DNA of 64,000 nucleotides from Chrysomallon squamiferum (Eukaryota; Animalia; Mollusca): NCBI GenBank assembly GCA_012295275.1, contig CM022675.1, positions 15,438,001 to 15,502,000 of the forward strand, read 5' to 3'. Shown piece by piece: positions 39,501 to 52,900 of this stretch (position 1 is its first letter; each line of letters starts with the position of its first letter). The notes under the pieces were generated by a model. It saw only the letters and a program-made list of their open reading frames with translations, ran no database searches and was not told where the DNA came from. The position numbers and the translations under genes were made by a program.

Positions 39501-42500
39501 GATTCAAAGTTACATAGTACGAGAAGTTGACAAGTTGGAGAAAAGTTCATTTTCCCGCTCAGCGCGTACTAGTCATTAAACACTACGCACACTCTTTGCT
39601 TTCACAACTCTCTCTAGTACCATTGTAATGACTTTACCGTTCTCTTAGTGTCTCAGAAATACCGCTCGGCCATGTCCCTTATCTCTGTATTACACTAAAC
39701 ACACACACGCAGAACCTCTCTTAAACGAGGTTTAACAGTCAGCGCGTAATACAGTGTAAAGAACTGCTTCATAACAGAACGCATTCCGACGTGTCTGGTG
39801 TGTCTACGTACACTTGAAATTTACGTACTGGGAGTGTCTTCGAAGCCGGAGAAGAAATTAGTTTTCTTCCTACCTGCATATCTGTTTCCTTTCTCCTAGA
39901 CTGTACCACGTCCCTTATATCATCCGAATTGGTGTTTCCTCAGAAAACACACATACGCACCACTAGTTTTCAACGAGATTTAAAGGTTTACTGTTTACGC
40001 CGTAGAGAGAACTGCTTGACAACAGAACGCATTCAATGCTGATAGCTACGTCTACATACGATTCAAAGTTACATAGTACGAGAAGTTGAGAAGTCGGAGA
40101 AGAATTCATTTTCCCGCTCAGCGCGTACTAGTCATTAAACAGTACGCACACTCTTTTGCTTTCACAAATCTCTCTAGTACCATTGTAATGACTTTACCGT
40201 TCTCTTAGTGTCTCAGAAATACCGGTCGGCCATGTCCCTTATCTCTGTATTACACTAAACACACACACGCAGAACCTCTCTTAAACGAGGTTTAACAGTC
40301 AGCGCGTAATACAGTGTAAAGAACTGCTTCATAACAGAACGCATTCCGACGTGTCTGGTGTGTCTACGTACACTTGAAATTTACGTACTGGGAGTGTCTT
40401 CGAAGCCGGAGAAGAAATTAGTTTTCTTCCTACCTGCATATCTGTTTCCTTTCTCCTAGACTGTACCACGTCCCTTATATCATCCGAATTGGTGTTTCCT
40501 CAGAAAACACACATACGCACCACTAGTTTTCAACGAGATTTAAAGGTTTACTGTTTACGCCGTAGAGAGAACTGCTTGACAACAGAACGCATTCAATGCT
40601 GATAGCTACGTCTACATACGATTCAAAGTTACATAGTACGAGAAGTTGACAAGTTGGAGAAAAGTTCATTTTCCCGCTCAGCGCGTACTAGTCATTAAAC
40701 AGTACGCACACTCTTTTGTTTCACAAATCTCTCTAGTACCATTGTAATGACTTTACCGTTCTCTTAGTGTCTCAGAAATACCGCTCGGCCATGTCCCTTA
40801 TCTCTGTATTACACTAAACACACACACGCAGAACCTCTCTTAAACGAGGTTTAACAGTCAGCGCGTAATACAGTTCAAAGAACTGCTTCATAACAGAACG
40901 CATTCCGACGTGTCTGCTGTGTCTTCGTACACTTGAAATTTACGTACTGGGAGTGTCTTCGAAGCCGGAGAAGAAATTAGTTTTCTTCCTACCTGCATAT
41001 CTGTTTCCTTTCTCCTAGACTGTACCACGTCCCTTATATCATCCGAATTGGTGTTTCCTCAGAAAACACACATACGCACCACTAGTTTTCAACGAGATTT
41101 AAAGGTTTACTGTTTACGCCGTAGAGAGAACTGCTTGACAACAGAACGCATTCAATGCTGATAGCTACGTCTACATACGATTCAAAGTTACATAGTACGA
41201 GAAGTTGACAAGTTGGAGAAAAATTCATTTTCCCGCTCAGCGCGTACTAGTCATTAAACACTACGCACACTCTTTGCTTTCACAACTCTCTAGTACCATT
41301 GTAATGACTTTACCGTTCTCTTAGTGTCTCAGAAATACCGCTCGGCCATGTCCCTTATCTCTGTATTACACTAAACACACACACGCAGAACCTCTCTTAA
41401 ACGAGGTTTAACAGTCAGCGCGTAATACAGTGTAAAGAACTGCTTCATAACAGAACGCATTCCGACGTGTCTGGTGTGTCTACGTACACTTGAAATTTAC
41501 GTACTGGGAGTGTCTTCGAAGCCGGAGAAGAAATTAGTTTTCTTCCTACCTGCATATCTGTTTCCTTTCTCCTAGACTGTACCACGTCCCTTATATCATC
41601 CGAATTGGTGTTTCCTCAGAAAACACACATACGCACCACTAGTTTTCAACGAGATTTAAAGGTTTACTGTTTACGCCGTAGAGAGAACTGCTTGACAACA
41701 GAACGCATTCAATGCTGATAGCTACGTCTACATACGATTCAAAGTTACATAGTACGAGAAGTTGACAAGTTGGAGAAAAGTTCATTTTCCCGCTCAGCGC
41801 GTACTAGTCATTAAACAGTACGCACACTCTTTTGTTTGACAAATCTCTCTAGTACCATTGTAATGACTTTACCGTTCTCTTAGTGTCTCAGAAATACCGG
41901 TCGGCCATGTCCCTTATCTCTGTATTACACTAAACACACACACGCAGAACCTCTCTTAAACGAGGTTTAACAGTCAGCGCGTAATCCAGTTCAAAGAACT
42001 GCTTCATAACAGAACGCATTCCGACGTGTCTGGTGTGTCTACGTACACTTGAAATTTACGTACTGGGAGTGTCTTCGAAGCCGGAGAAGAAATTAGTTTT
42101 CTTCCTACCTGCATATCTGTTTCCTTTCTCCTAGACTGTACCACGTCCCTTATATCATCCGAATTGGTGTTTCCTCAGAAAACACACATACGCACCACTA
42201 GTTTTCAACGAGATTTAAAGGTTTACTGTTTACGCCGTAGAGAGAACTGCTTGACAACAGAACGCATTCAATGCTGATAGCTACGTCTACATACGATTCA
42301 AAGTTACATAGTACGAGAAGTTGAGAAGTTGGAGAAAAATTCATTTTCCCGCTCAGCGCGTACTAGTCATTAAACACTACGCACACTCTTTGCTTTCACA
42401 ACTCTCTCTAGTACCATTGTAATGACTTTACCGTTCTCTTAGTGTCTCAGAAATACCGGTCGGCCATGTCCCTTATCTCTGTATTACACTAAACACACAC

Positions 42501-45500
42501 ACGCAGAACCTCTCTTAAACGAGGTTTAACAGTCAGCGCGTAATACAGTGTAAAGAACTGCTTCATAACAGAACGCATTCCGACGTGTCTGGTGTGTCTA
42601 CGTACACTTGAAATTTACGTACTGGGAGTGTCTTCGAAGCCGGAGAAGAAATTAGTTTTCTTCCTACCTGCATATCTGTTTCCTTTCTCCTAGACTGTAC
42701 CACGTCCCTTATATCATCCGAATTGGTGTTTCCTCAGAAAACACACATACGCACCACTAGTTTTCAACGAGATTTAAAGGTTTACTGTTTACGCCGTAGA
42801 GAGAACTGCTTGACAACAGAACGCATTCAATGCTGATAGCTACGTCTACATACGATTCAAAGTTACATAGTACGAGAAGTTGAGAAGTTGGAGAAAAATT
42901 CATTTTCCCGCTCAGCGCGTACTAGTCATTAAACACTACGCACACTCTTTGCTTTCACAACTCTCTCTAGTACCATTGTAATGACTTTACCGTTCTCTTA
43001 GTGTCTCAGAAATACCGCTCGGCCATGTCCCTTATCTCTGTATTACACTAAACACACACACGCAGAACCTCTCTTAAACGAGGTTTAACAGTCAGCGCGT
43101 AATCCAGTTCAAAGAACTGCTTCATAACAGAACGCATTCCGACGTGTCTGCTGTGTCTTCGTACACTTGAAATTTACGTACTGGGAGTGTCTTCGAAGCC
43201 GGAGAAGAAATTAGTTTTCTTCCTACCTGCATATCTGTTTCCTTTCTCCTAGACTGTACCACGTCCCTTATATCATCCGAATTGGTGTTTCCTCAGAAAA
43301 CACACATACGCACCACTAGTTTTCAACGAGATTTAAAGGTTTACTGTTTACGCCGTAGAGAGAACTGCTTGACAACAGAACGCATTCAATGCTGATAGCT
43401 ACGTCTACATACGATTCAAAGTTACATAGTACGAGAAGTTGACAAGTTGGAGAAAAATTCATTTTCCCGCTCAGCGCGTACTAGTCATTAAACACTACGC
43501 ACACTCTTTGCTTTCACAACTCTCTCTAGTACCATTGTAATGACTTTACCGTTCTCTTAGTGTCTCAGAAATACCGGTCGGCCATGTCCCTTATCTCTGT
43601 ATTACACGAAACACACACACGCAGAACCTCTCTTAAACGAGGTTTAACAGTCAGCGCGTAATACAGTGTAAAGAACTGCTTCATAACAGAACGCATTCCG
43701 ACGTGTCTGGTGTGTCTACGTACACTTGAAATTTACGTACTGGGAGTGTCTTCGAAGCCGGAGAAGAAATTAGTTTTCTTCCTACCTGCATATCTGTTTC
43801 CTTTCTCCTAGACTGTACCACGTCCCTTATATCATCCGAATTGGTGTTTCCTCAGAAAACACACATACGCACCACTAGTTTTCAACGAGATTTAAAGGTT
43901 TACTGTTTACGCCGTAGAGAGAACTGCTTGACAACAGAACGCATTCAATGCTGATAGCTACGTCTACATACGATTCAAGGTTACATAGTACGAGAAGTTG
44001 AGAAGTTGGAGAAGAATTCATTTTCCCGCTCAGCGCGTACTAGTCATTAAACACTACGCACACTCTTTGCTTTCACAACTCTCTCTAGTACCATTGTAAT
44101 GACTTTACCGTTCTCTTAGTGTCTCAGAAATACCGGTCGGCCATGTCCCTTATCTCTGTATTACACTAAACACACACACGCAGAACCTCTCTTAAACGAG
44201 GTTTAACAGTCAGCGCGTAATACAGTGTAAAGAACTGCTTCATAACAGAACGCATTCCGACGTGTCTGGTGTGTCTACGTACACTTGAAATTTACGTACT
44301 GGGAGTGTCTTCGAAGCCGGAGAAGAAATTAGTTTTCTTCCTACCTGCATATCTGTTTCCTTTCTCCTAGACTGTACCACGTCCCTTATATCATCCGAAT
44401 TGGTGTTTCCTCAGAAAACACACATACGCACCACTAGTTTTCAACGAGATTTAAAGGTTTACTGTTTACGCCGTAGAGAGAACTGCTTGACAACAGAACG
44501 CATTCAATGCTGATAGCTACGTCTACATACGATTCAAAGTTAAATAGTACGAGAAGATGAGAAGTTGGAGAAAAATTCATTTTTCCGCTCAGAGCGTACT
44601 AGTCATTAAACAGTACGCACACTCTTTTGTTTGACAAATCTCTCTAGTACCATTGTAATGACTTTACCGTTCTCTTAGTGTCTCAGAAATACCGCTCGGC
44701 CATGTCCCTTATCTCTGTATTACACTAAACACACACACGCAGAACCTCTCTTAAACGAGGTTTAACAGTCAGCGCGTAATACAGTGTAAAGAACTGCTTC
44801 ATAACAGAACGCATTCCGACGTGTCTGGTGTGTCTACGTACACTTGAAATTTACGTACTGGGAGTGTCTTCGAAGCCGGAGAAGAAATTAGTTTTCTTCC
44901 TACCTGCATATCTGTTTCCTTTCTCCTAGACTGTACCACGTCCCTTATATCATCCGAATTGGTGTTTCCTCAGAAAACACACATACGCACCACTAGTTTT
45001 CAACGAGATTTAAAGGTTTACTGTTTACGCCGTAGAGAGAACTGCTTGACAACAGAACGCATTCAATGCTGATAGCTACGTCTACATACGATTCAAAGTT
45101 AAATAGTACGAGAAGATGAGAAGTTGGAGAAAAATTCATTTTTCCGCTCAGAGCGTACTAGTCATTAAACACTACGCACACTCTTTTTTTCACAAATCTC
45201 TCTAGTACCATTGTAATGACTTTACCGTTCTCTTAGTGTCTCAGAAATACCGGTCGGCCATGTCCCTTATCTCTGTATTACACTAAACACACACACGCAG
45301 AACCTCTCTTAAACGAGGTTTAACAGTCAGCGCGTAATACAGTGTAAAGAACTGCTTCATAACAGAACGCATTCCGACGTGTCTGGTGTGTCTACGTACA
45401 CTTGAAATTTACGTACTGGGAGTGTCTTCGAAGCCGGAGAAGAAATTAGTTTTCTTCCTACCTGCATATCTGTTTCCTTTCTCCTAGACTGTACCACGTC

Positions 45501-47907
45501 CCTTATATCATCCGAATTGGTGTTTCCTCAGAAAACACACATACGCAACACTAGTTTTCAACGAGATTTAAAGGTTTACTGTTTACGCCGTAGAGAGAAC
45601 TGCTTGACAACAGAACGCATTCAATGCTGATAGCTACGTCTACATACGATTCAAAGTTACATAGTACGAGAAGTTGACAAGTTGGAGAAAAGTTCATTTT
45701 CCCGCTCAGCGCGTACTAGTCATTAAACACTACGCACACTCTTTGCTTTCACAACTCTCTCTAGTACCATTGTAATGACTTTACCGTTCTCTTAGTGTCT
45801 CAGAAATACCGGTCGGCCATGTCCCTTATCTCTGTATTACACGAAACACACACACGCAGAACCTCTCTTAAACGAGGTTTAACAGTCAGCGCGTAATACA
45901 GTGTAAAGAACTGCTTCATAACAGAACGCATTCCGACGTGTCTGGTGTGTCTACGTACACTTGAAATTTACGTACTGGGAGTGTCTTCGAAGCCGGAGAA
46001 GAAATTAGTTTTCTTCCTACCTGCATATCTGTTTCCTTTCTCCTAGACTGTACCACGTCCCTTATATCATCCGAATTGGTGTTTCCTCAGAAAACACACA
46101 TACGCACCACTAGTTTTCAACGAGATTTAAAGGTTTACTGTTTACGCCGTAGAGAGAACTGCTTGACAACAGAACGCATTCAATGCTGATAGCTACGTCT
46201 ACATACGATTCAAAGTTACATAGTACGAGAAGTTGACAAGTTGGAGAAAAATTCATTTTCCCGCTCAGCGCGTACTAGTCATTAAACACTACGCACACTC
46301 TTTGCTTTCACAACTCTCTCTAGTACCATTGTAATGACTTTACCGTTCTCTTAGTGTCTCAGAAATACCGCTCGGCCATGTCCCTTATCTCTGTATTACA
46401 CTAAACACACACACGCAGAACCTCTCTTAAACGAGGTTTAACAGTCAGCGCGTAATCCAGTTCAAAGAACTGCTTCATAACAGAACGCATTCCGACGTGT
46501 CTGCTGTGTCTTCGTACACCTTGAAATTTACGTACTGGGAGTGTCTTCGAAGCCGGAGAAGAAATTAGTTTTCTTCCTACCTGCATATCTGTTTCCTTTC
46601 TCCTAGACTGTACCACGTCCCTTATATCATCCGAATTGGTGTTTCCTCAGAAAACACACATACGCACCACTAGTTTTCAACGAGATTTAAAGGTTTACTG
46701 TTTACGCCGTAGAGAGAACTGCTTGACAACAGAACGCATTCAATGCTGATAGCTACGTCTACATACGATTCAAAGTTACATAGTACGAGAAGTTGAGAAG
46801 TTGGAGAAGAATTCATTTTCCCGCTCAGCGCGTACTAGTCATTAAACACTACGCACACTCTTTGCTTTCACAACTCTCTCTAGTACCATTGTAATGACTT
46901 TACCGTTCTCTTAGTGTCTCAGAAATACCGGTCGGCCATGTCCCTTATCTCTGTATTACACTAAACACACACACGCAGAACCTCTCTTAAACGAGGTTTA
47001 ACAGTCAGCGCGTAATACAGTGTAAAGAACTGCTTCATAACAGAACGCATTCCGACGTGTCTGGTGTGTCTACGTACACTTGAAATTTACGTACTGGGAG
47101 TGTCTTCGAAGCCGGAGAAGAAATTAGTTTTCTTCCTACCTGCATATCTGTTTCCTTTCTCCTAGACTGTACCACGTCCCTTATATCATCCGAATTGGTG
47201 TTTCCTCAGAAAACACACATACGCACCACTAGTTTTCAACGAGATTTAAAGGTTTACTGTTTACGCCGTAGAGAGAACTGCTTGACAACAGAACGCATTC
47301 AATGCTGATAGCTACGTCTACATACGATTCAAAGTTAAATAGTACGAGAAGATGAGAAGTTGGAGAAAAATTCATTTTTCCGCTCAGAGCGTACTAGTCA
47401 TTAAACAGTACGCACACTCTTTTGTTTGCACAAATCTCTCTAGTACCATTGTAATGACTTTACCGTTCTCTTAGTGTCTCAGAAATACCGCTCGGCCATG
47501 TCCCTTATCTCTGTATTACACTAAACACACACACGCAGAACCTCTCTTAAACGAGGTTTAACAGTCAGCGCGTAATCCAGTTCAAAGAACTGCTTCATAA
47601 CAGAACGCATTCCGACGTGTCTGGTGTGTCTACGTACACTTGAAATTTACGTACTGGGAGTGTCTTCGAAGCCGGAGAAGAAATTAGTTTTCTTCCTACC
47701 TGCATATCTGTTTCCTTTCTCCTAGACTGTACCACGTCCCTTATATCATCCGAATTGGTGTTTCCTCAGAAAACACACATACGCACCACTAGTTTTCAAC
47801 GAGATTTAAAGGTTTACTGTTTACGCCGTAGAGAGAACTGCTTGACAACAGAACGCATTCAATGCTGATAGCTACGTCTACATACGATTCAAAGTTACAT
47901 AGTACGA
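33551..47907. repeat. Satellite DNA array, 559-560-bp monomer, about 25.5 nearly identical copies, truncated by an assembly gap
   Basis: GAACCTCTCTTAAACGAG recurs at 33561, 34120, 34680, 35239 and onward; CpG-rich; no long ORF. Confidence 0.98.
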
Positions 47908-48107
47908 NNNNNNNNNNNNNNNNNNNNNNNNNNNNNNNNNNNNNNNNNNNNNNNNNNNNNNNNNNNNNNNNNNNNNNNNNNNNNNNNNNNNNNNNNNNNN
48001 NNNNNNNNNNNNNNNNNNNNNNNNNNNNNNNNNNNNNNNNNNNNNNNNNNNNNNNNNNNNNNNNNNNNNNNNNNNNNNNNNNNNNNNNNNNNNNNNNNNN
48101 NNNNNNN
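47908..48107. other. Assembly gap (200 N)
   Basis: Run of exactly 200 N, i.e. a scaffolding gap of unknown true size. Confidence 0.99.
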
Positions 48108-48215
48108 AGGAATGGAAGGAGGAAGGAAGGAATGGAATGGAATGGAATAGTGGAATGGAGGAAGGAAGGAATGGAATGGAAAGAATGGAAAGAAGGAAGG
48201 AATGAAATAGAGAGA
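48108..48215. repeat. Purine-rich (GGAAT/GGAA)n simple repeat
   Basis: Seen directly. Confidence 0.9.
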
Positions 48216-48229
48216 GATGGGCAAACAGA

Positions 48230-48930
48230 AGGTGAGTGAAAGAGAATGTGTATGGGTTTGTGAGTTAGAGAGAAAAAGATGGGTGTATACATGTGTGAGT
48301 GTATGGGTTTGTGTGTTAGAAAAAAGATGAGAATGTGTATGGGTTTGTGTGTTAGAGAGAAAAGATGGGTGTATACATGTGTGAGTGAAAGAGAATGTGT
48401 ATGGGTTTGTGTGTTAGAGAGAAAAGATGGGTATATACATGTGTGAGTGAAAGAGAAAGTGTGTGTATGGGTTTATTGTTTAGTGTGTTAGAGAAAGAAA
48501 GTTTGTGTAAGATGGGTAAATACAAGAGGGTGTGAGTGAAAGAATGTGTATGGGTTTGTGAGTTAGAGAGAAAAGATGGGTAAATACATGAGTGTGTGAG
48601 TGAAAGAATGTGTATGGGTTTGTGAGTTAGAGAGAAAAGATGGGTGTATACATGTGTGAGTGAAAGAGAATGTGTATGGGTTTGTGAGTTAGAGAGAAAA
48701 GATGGGTAAATACATGAGTGTGTGAGTGAAAGAATGTGTATGGGTTTGTGAGTTAGAGAGAAAAGATGGGTAAATACATGAGTGTGTGAGTGAAAGAATG
48801 TGTATGGGTTTGTGAGTTAGAGAGAAAAGATGGGTGTATACATGTGTGAGTGAAAGAATGTGTATGGGTTTGTGAGTTAGAGAGAAAAGATGGGTGTATA
48901 CATGTGTGAGTGAAAGACAGGGTACATGTG
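48230..48930. repeat. Minisatellite, ~60-64-bp unit (GTGAGTGAAAGAATGTGTATGGGTTTGTGAGTTAGAGAGAAAAGATGGGTGTATACATGT), about 11 copies
   Basis: Tandem repetition. Confidence 0.93.
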
Positions 48931-49794
48931 AATGGGTGTGTGGGTGTGTGTGTTAGGTTGACTACATAACAGAGTGTGAAAGGGTGTGTAAAAGGTGGTT
49001 GAGATGTTTGTGGAGATGAGTTAAAGTAATAATTAAATAATTAAGATAATTTCTTTTCTTTAAAAAATACTTAATATTTTCTTTTAGGTGTTGATATTTC
49101 TTGCTATTTTTAATCGTTGATAATTAATGTTTATGTAGCACTTCGAGAACGAGGTGAATGTCGAAGAATAATAAAGCTGTAACCTGCTCTGACTCTGCCT
49201 TGATCTCAACTGTCTGCTGGGAGGTTAAAGATCGGATTTTGATTTTTCGCAATTGGCATCTAGATTCTTTTACAAATCTCGCATAAATGTATTTATTTAT
49301 TGTCTTTATATATCCGACTTCTTTAATTTTGTTGAACCACATAAATCTGTCTCCAAATTATTTTAGTATTTTTATCATTAGTCCAACGCTGCTAAATCTA
49401 TTTTTTCACAGTATATGGCTCAAGAAATATAGTTATTTTATATGGCACTAAAGAACATATTTTTGTGTATATTGAATTCACTGATTAACCAACATGGAAG
49501 AAATAAGAACATTAAGAAGAAATGAATAGTTATACCTAAATGATTTAATAATCAAGTGATTAAAATAACGGGAAATATAAAAAAAATATATTTTAATTTT
49601 ATAATATCTTCATTATAAACAGATGAGAAATGTAGATAAATCTTATTACTGAGTAATTAAAGAAGTAGTATTCACTTTTATTGTCTTAAACTAAATTGGA
49701 TATATATTGTATAACATTAAAAATTAGTAAATGATATGAATATTCATAGAAAAGCAAATAAATGAAAATTATTTAATAAATAAATATAAATCAA

Positions 49795-50112
<318 letters not shown>

Positions 50113-50278
50113 AAAAACAACAAAATCACAGCTGTTAAGATTATTTCATCTTTTGAAATGAACACTGATGTTCTATGCTTTTAGTTTCTTCTTTGGAATT
50201 TCTGTTTCGTGAAAAATAAAATAAAAATTGTTTAAAAGAAACATGAAAACCTAAATAAAAATTTGAATTTATGCTCAA

Positions 50279-50310
<32 letters not shown>

Positions 50311-50493
50311 TGGTTTCAATTTAATTATCTGTAGATTGATAAAAAAGCAGTGTTTAACAAGATCAGCTCTCATTCATATTCTCATAATGTGTGTGTGTGT
50401 GTGTTACTTTGTTACCAGGATTAGTGTTTTTAACAGAACATCCTTATATTAAAAGTAAAATCAACACTGAACAAATAATAAAGTCATATTACA

Positions 50494-52014
50494 TTAACAA
50501 ATTGATTTGCAGGCTGTAGGAGAAGTTACAGCAAGATTAGCACAGAATGTAGCAGTTCCAGATTGTTGACTTCGCTGAGTCATTATTCTGCAGAACCAAG
50601 TACCTCTGTCTGCGCATCCCCACAGTGCTGCGAAAAAAAATTGTCATCAGTATCATCATCATCACCATCATAGTATCATCATACTCATCATCATTATTAT
50701 CATTATCATCATCATCGTCATTATCATTTTCATCAAAAACATCATCATCATCATAGTCATTATTATCATAATTATTATCATCATCGTCGTCATTATCATT
50801 ATCATTATTATCATCATCCGACAAACTATTATTAACGTACTGCTAACACACAAGGAACATAAAAAGTGATTAGTTTGTTTTCGACTTATATTGTACTTTA
50901 CAGTGTCAGAATAAAGGTAAGTTCTACGACAACTTAAAGTACACTTACTTGTACAAGTTCCGCAAGATTGTTTGCAGTTGTTAGAGACGACTGATAACGT
51001 ACACGAGGTTGTAAAGGCTGTTGTAGCTGCAGCCTGAGCTCCAGCGGCACAACCTGATGACAAAACAAGAAAAACGAATGCACTGTAATTGACTAGAACT
51101 CTGTGCATACTACAGTTAAAGGTTATTAATGTGAAATGTGTTTTTCTTTGCTTTATTTATTTTATATTTTTTATTTCGTTTGTATAATTTTCTTAGTGTA
51201 TGGCAATATATCATTAATTTAGCTACTTTTTTACATGTTCGTTAATATAATATAATATAATATAATGTCGCATACTGTAATGAGGTATACTGCAGGAAAG
51301 TGTCTTATAGTATATAATAGAACAGTATAGTAGATCATAGCATAGTAAAGCATAATGCAGTGTAGTAATGTATAGTATAATATAGTAGAGTATAGTAGAA
51401 TAGAATAGAGTTTACAGTTAAGTAGAATAGAGTAGAGTAGAGTTGAGTTTATAGTAGAATAGAGTATTACATAACATTATATTTACTTTAGCGAGAAAAG
51501 CGAGTGTTTGCGTCAGTTTAATGAGTAGTAAGGATAATTAAACAGCGTAATATCTTAAAAACAAACAAGTAAAGAGCAAACACAATCTTTAAAACCATGA
51601 AAAACCCAGCAAAGAAATAAAATCCAAACAAACACACAAACAAAAACAGCAACAAATACCAAAAGAAAGAAAGAAAACAAAAACAAGACAGAAAACAATC
51701 CACACTTAAAAAAAATAAAAACAAACAAAAAAGGCCAGATATTAAGGGCAATATCAAAATAATAATGATATAAATATTCTTACTATTCTGACACATGTTT
51801 CCATAGAATTGATTTGTGCACGTGCAGACTCCGGCATTTAATGTTCCTCCGTTTTGGCATGCTTTTAAATAATTAAAATAAAATACACATATTAGAATCC
51901 TCGATATCCATACATCAGTTTATCTGGTATTAACTTGAATTAGTTAAATTAGCCTAAACTTAGAAACAGCTTTCCATCTTTCCACACACACACACACTCA
52001 CACACACACACACA

Positions 52015-52064
<50 letters not shown>

Positions 52065-52237
52065 GACGATTATCACAAATTAATGTGTACTATTCCACCA
52101 GCTTAAAAAAATAAAAGGTAATACAGAATGAATTTCAAATAAGAACACATCTATAAATAAATATTATACTTACACGTCACCTGACAAGTCGACAATCGCA
52201 TTAACAAGAAAACAACAAATATTTGTAAGAACATCAT
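50494..52237 (-). CDS. Secreted 126-aa cysteine-rich protein: signal peptide + EGF-like + two ShK-toxin-like domains
   Basis: Four exons with all phase-1 introns: 52174-52237, 51784-51861, 50949-51053, 50494-50627. Spliced product: MMFLQIFVVFLLMRLSTCQVTSCQNGGTLNAGVCTCTNQFYGNMCQNSCAAGAQAAATTAFTTSCTLSVVSNNCKQSCGTCTTLWGCADRGTWFCRIMTQRSQQSGTATFCANLAVTSPTACKSIC*. All three donors are GTAAG. EGF signature CQNGG..CTC...YG..C; ShK-like CxxSCGxC. Confidence 0.85.
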
Positions 52238-52264
52238 TTTTACAACAGATCTCGTCTTCTCAGA

Positions 52265-52302
52265 TCTCTGACGTCCACATAGAAATGTTTCCTTTATTTA
52301 TA
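52265..52302 (-). promoter_or_regulatory. TATA box and Inr-like core promoter of the EGF-ShK gene
   Basis: TATAAATA at 52295-52302 (minus strand), with TCAG ~30 nt downstream and the ATG 65 nt downstream. Confidence 0.65.
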
Positions 52303-52630
52303 GTCAGAAGATGTTCTGTATCTTAATTAATTTTTGTAGAAAGTCACGTTTTCATCTTGTTCAAGTTTAGCAGACGCTACCTATTTTATCAGAAAATTGC
52401 TTTAATTCGTGTAACTGCTTTAAATTTCATGGGTCAAAACGACTTCAAGGATTTTTATTTAGCATCTGGGTTAAAATATAGAAATTAAAATCAGTGCAAT
52501 AAAACAAATGTATTTTGTTAAAGTTTTAGTTCTATAACTTTTTAAATTTATTTCTTGTTGAATATTTCAACGAGTATTGCAAAAATATTTCTTTAAAATG
52601 TTTATTCTTGATCATGTTTTTGCAGTTAGC

Positions 52631-52834
52631 ATAATAATAATAATAGTAATAATAATAATAATAATAATAAATAATAATAATAACAATAACAATAACAATA
52701 ATAATAATAAATAATATTAATAATAATAAATAATAATAATAATAATAAATAATAATAATAACAATAATAATAATAATAATAAATAATAATAATAATAATA
52801 ATGATAATAATAATAATAAATAATAATAATAATA

Positions 52835-52895
<61 letters not shown>

Positions 52896-52900
52896 TTATT
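52631..52900. repeat. (AAT)n immediately followed by (ATT)n, forming an AT-rich palindrome
   Basis: Orientation flips at ~52835. Confidence 0.93.

Noticed and set aside
33551-47907. Tandem RNA gene array (5S, spliced leader, snRNA) or hammerhead ribozyme
   Set aside because: No 5S, SL or U-RNA signature was recognised. The minus-strand CTGAGGA has no stem II pairing before a GAAA. An Infernal/Rfam scan would settle it.
47789-48292. ORFs spanning the N run
   Set aside because: Artefacts of the gap and simple repeats
49124-49342. 72-aa minus-strand ORF
   Set aside because: No recognisable motif or splice context
50537-51108. ORFs 50537-50824 and 50668-51108 as standalone genes
   Set aside because: They are microsatellite read-through overlapping real exons of the spliced EGF-ShK gene
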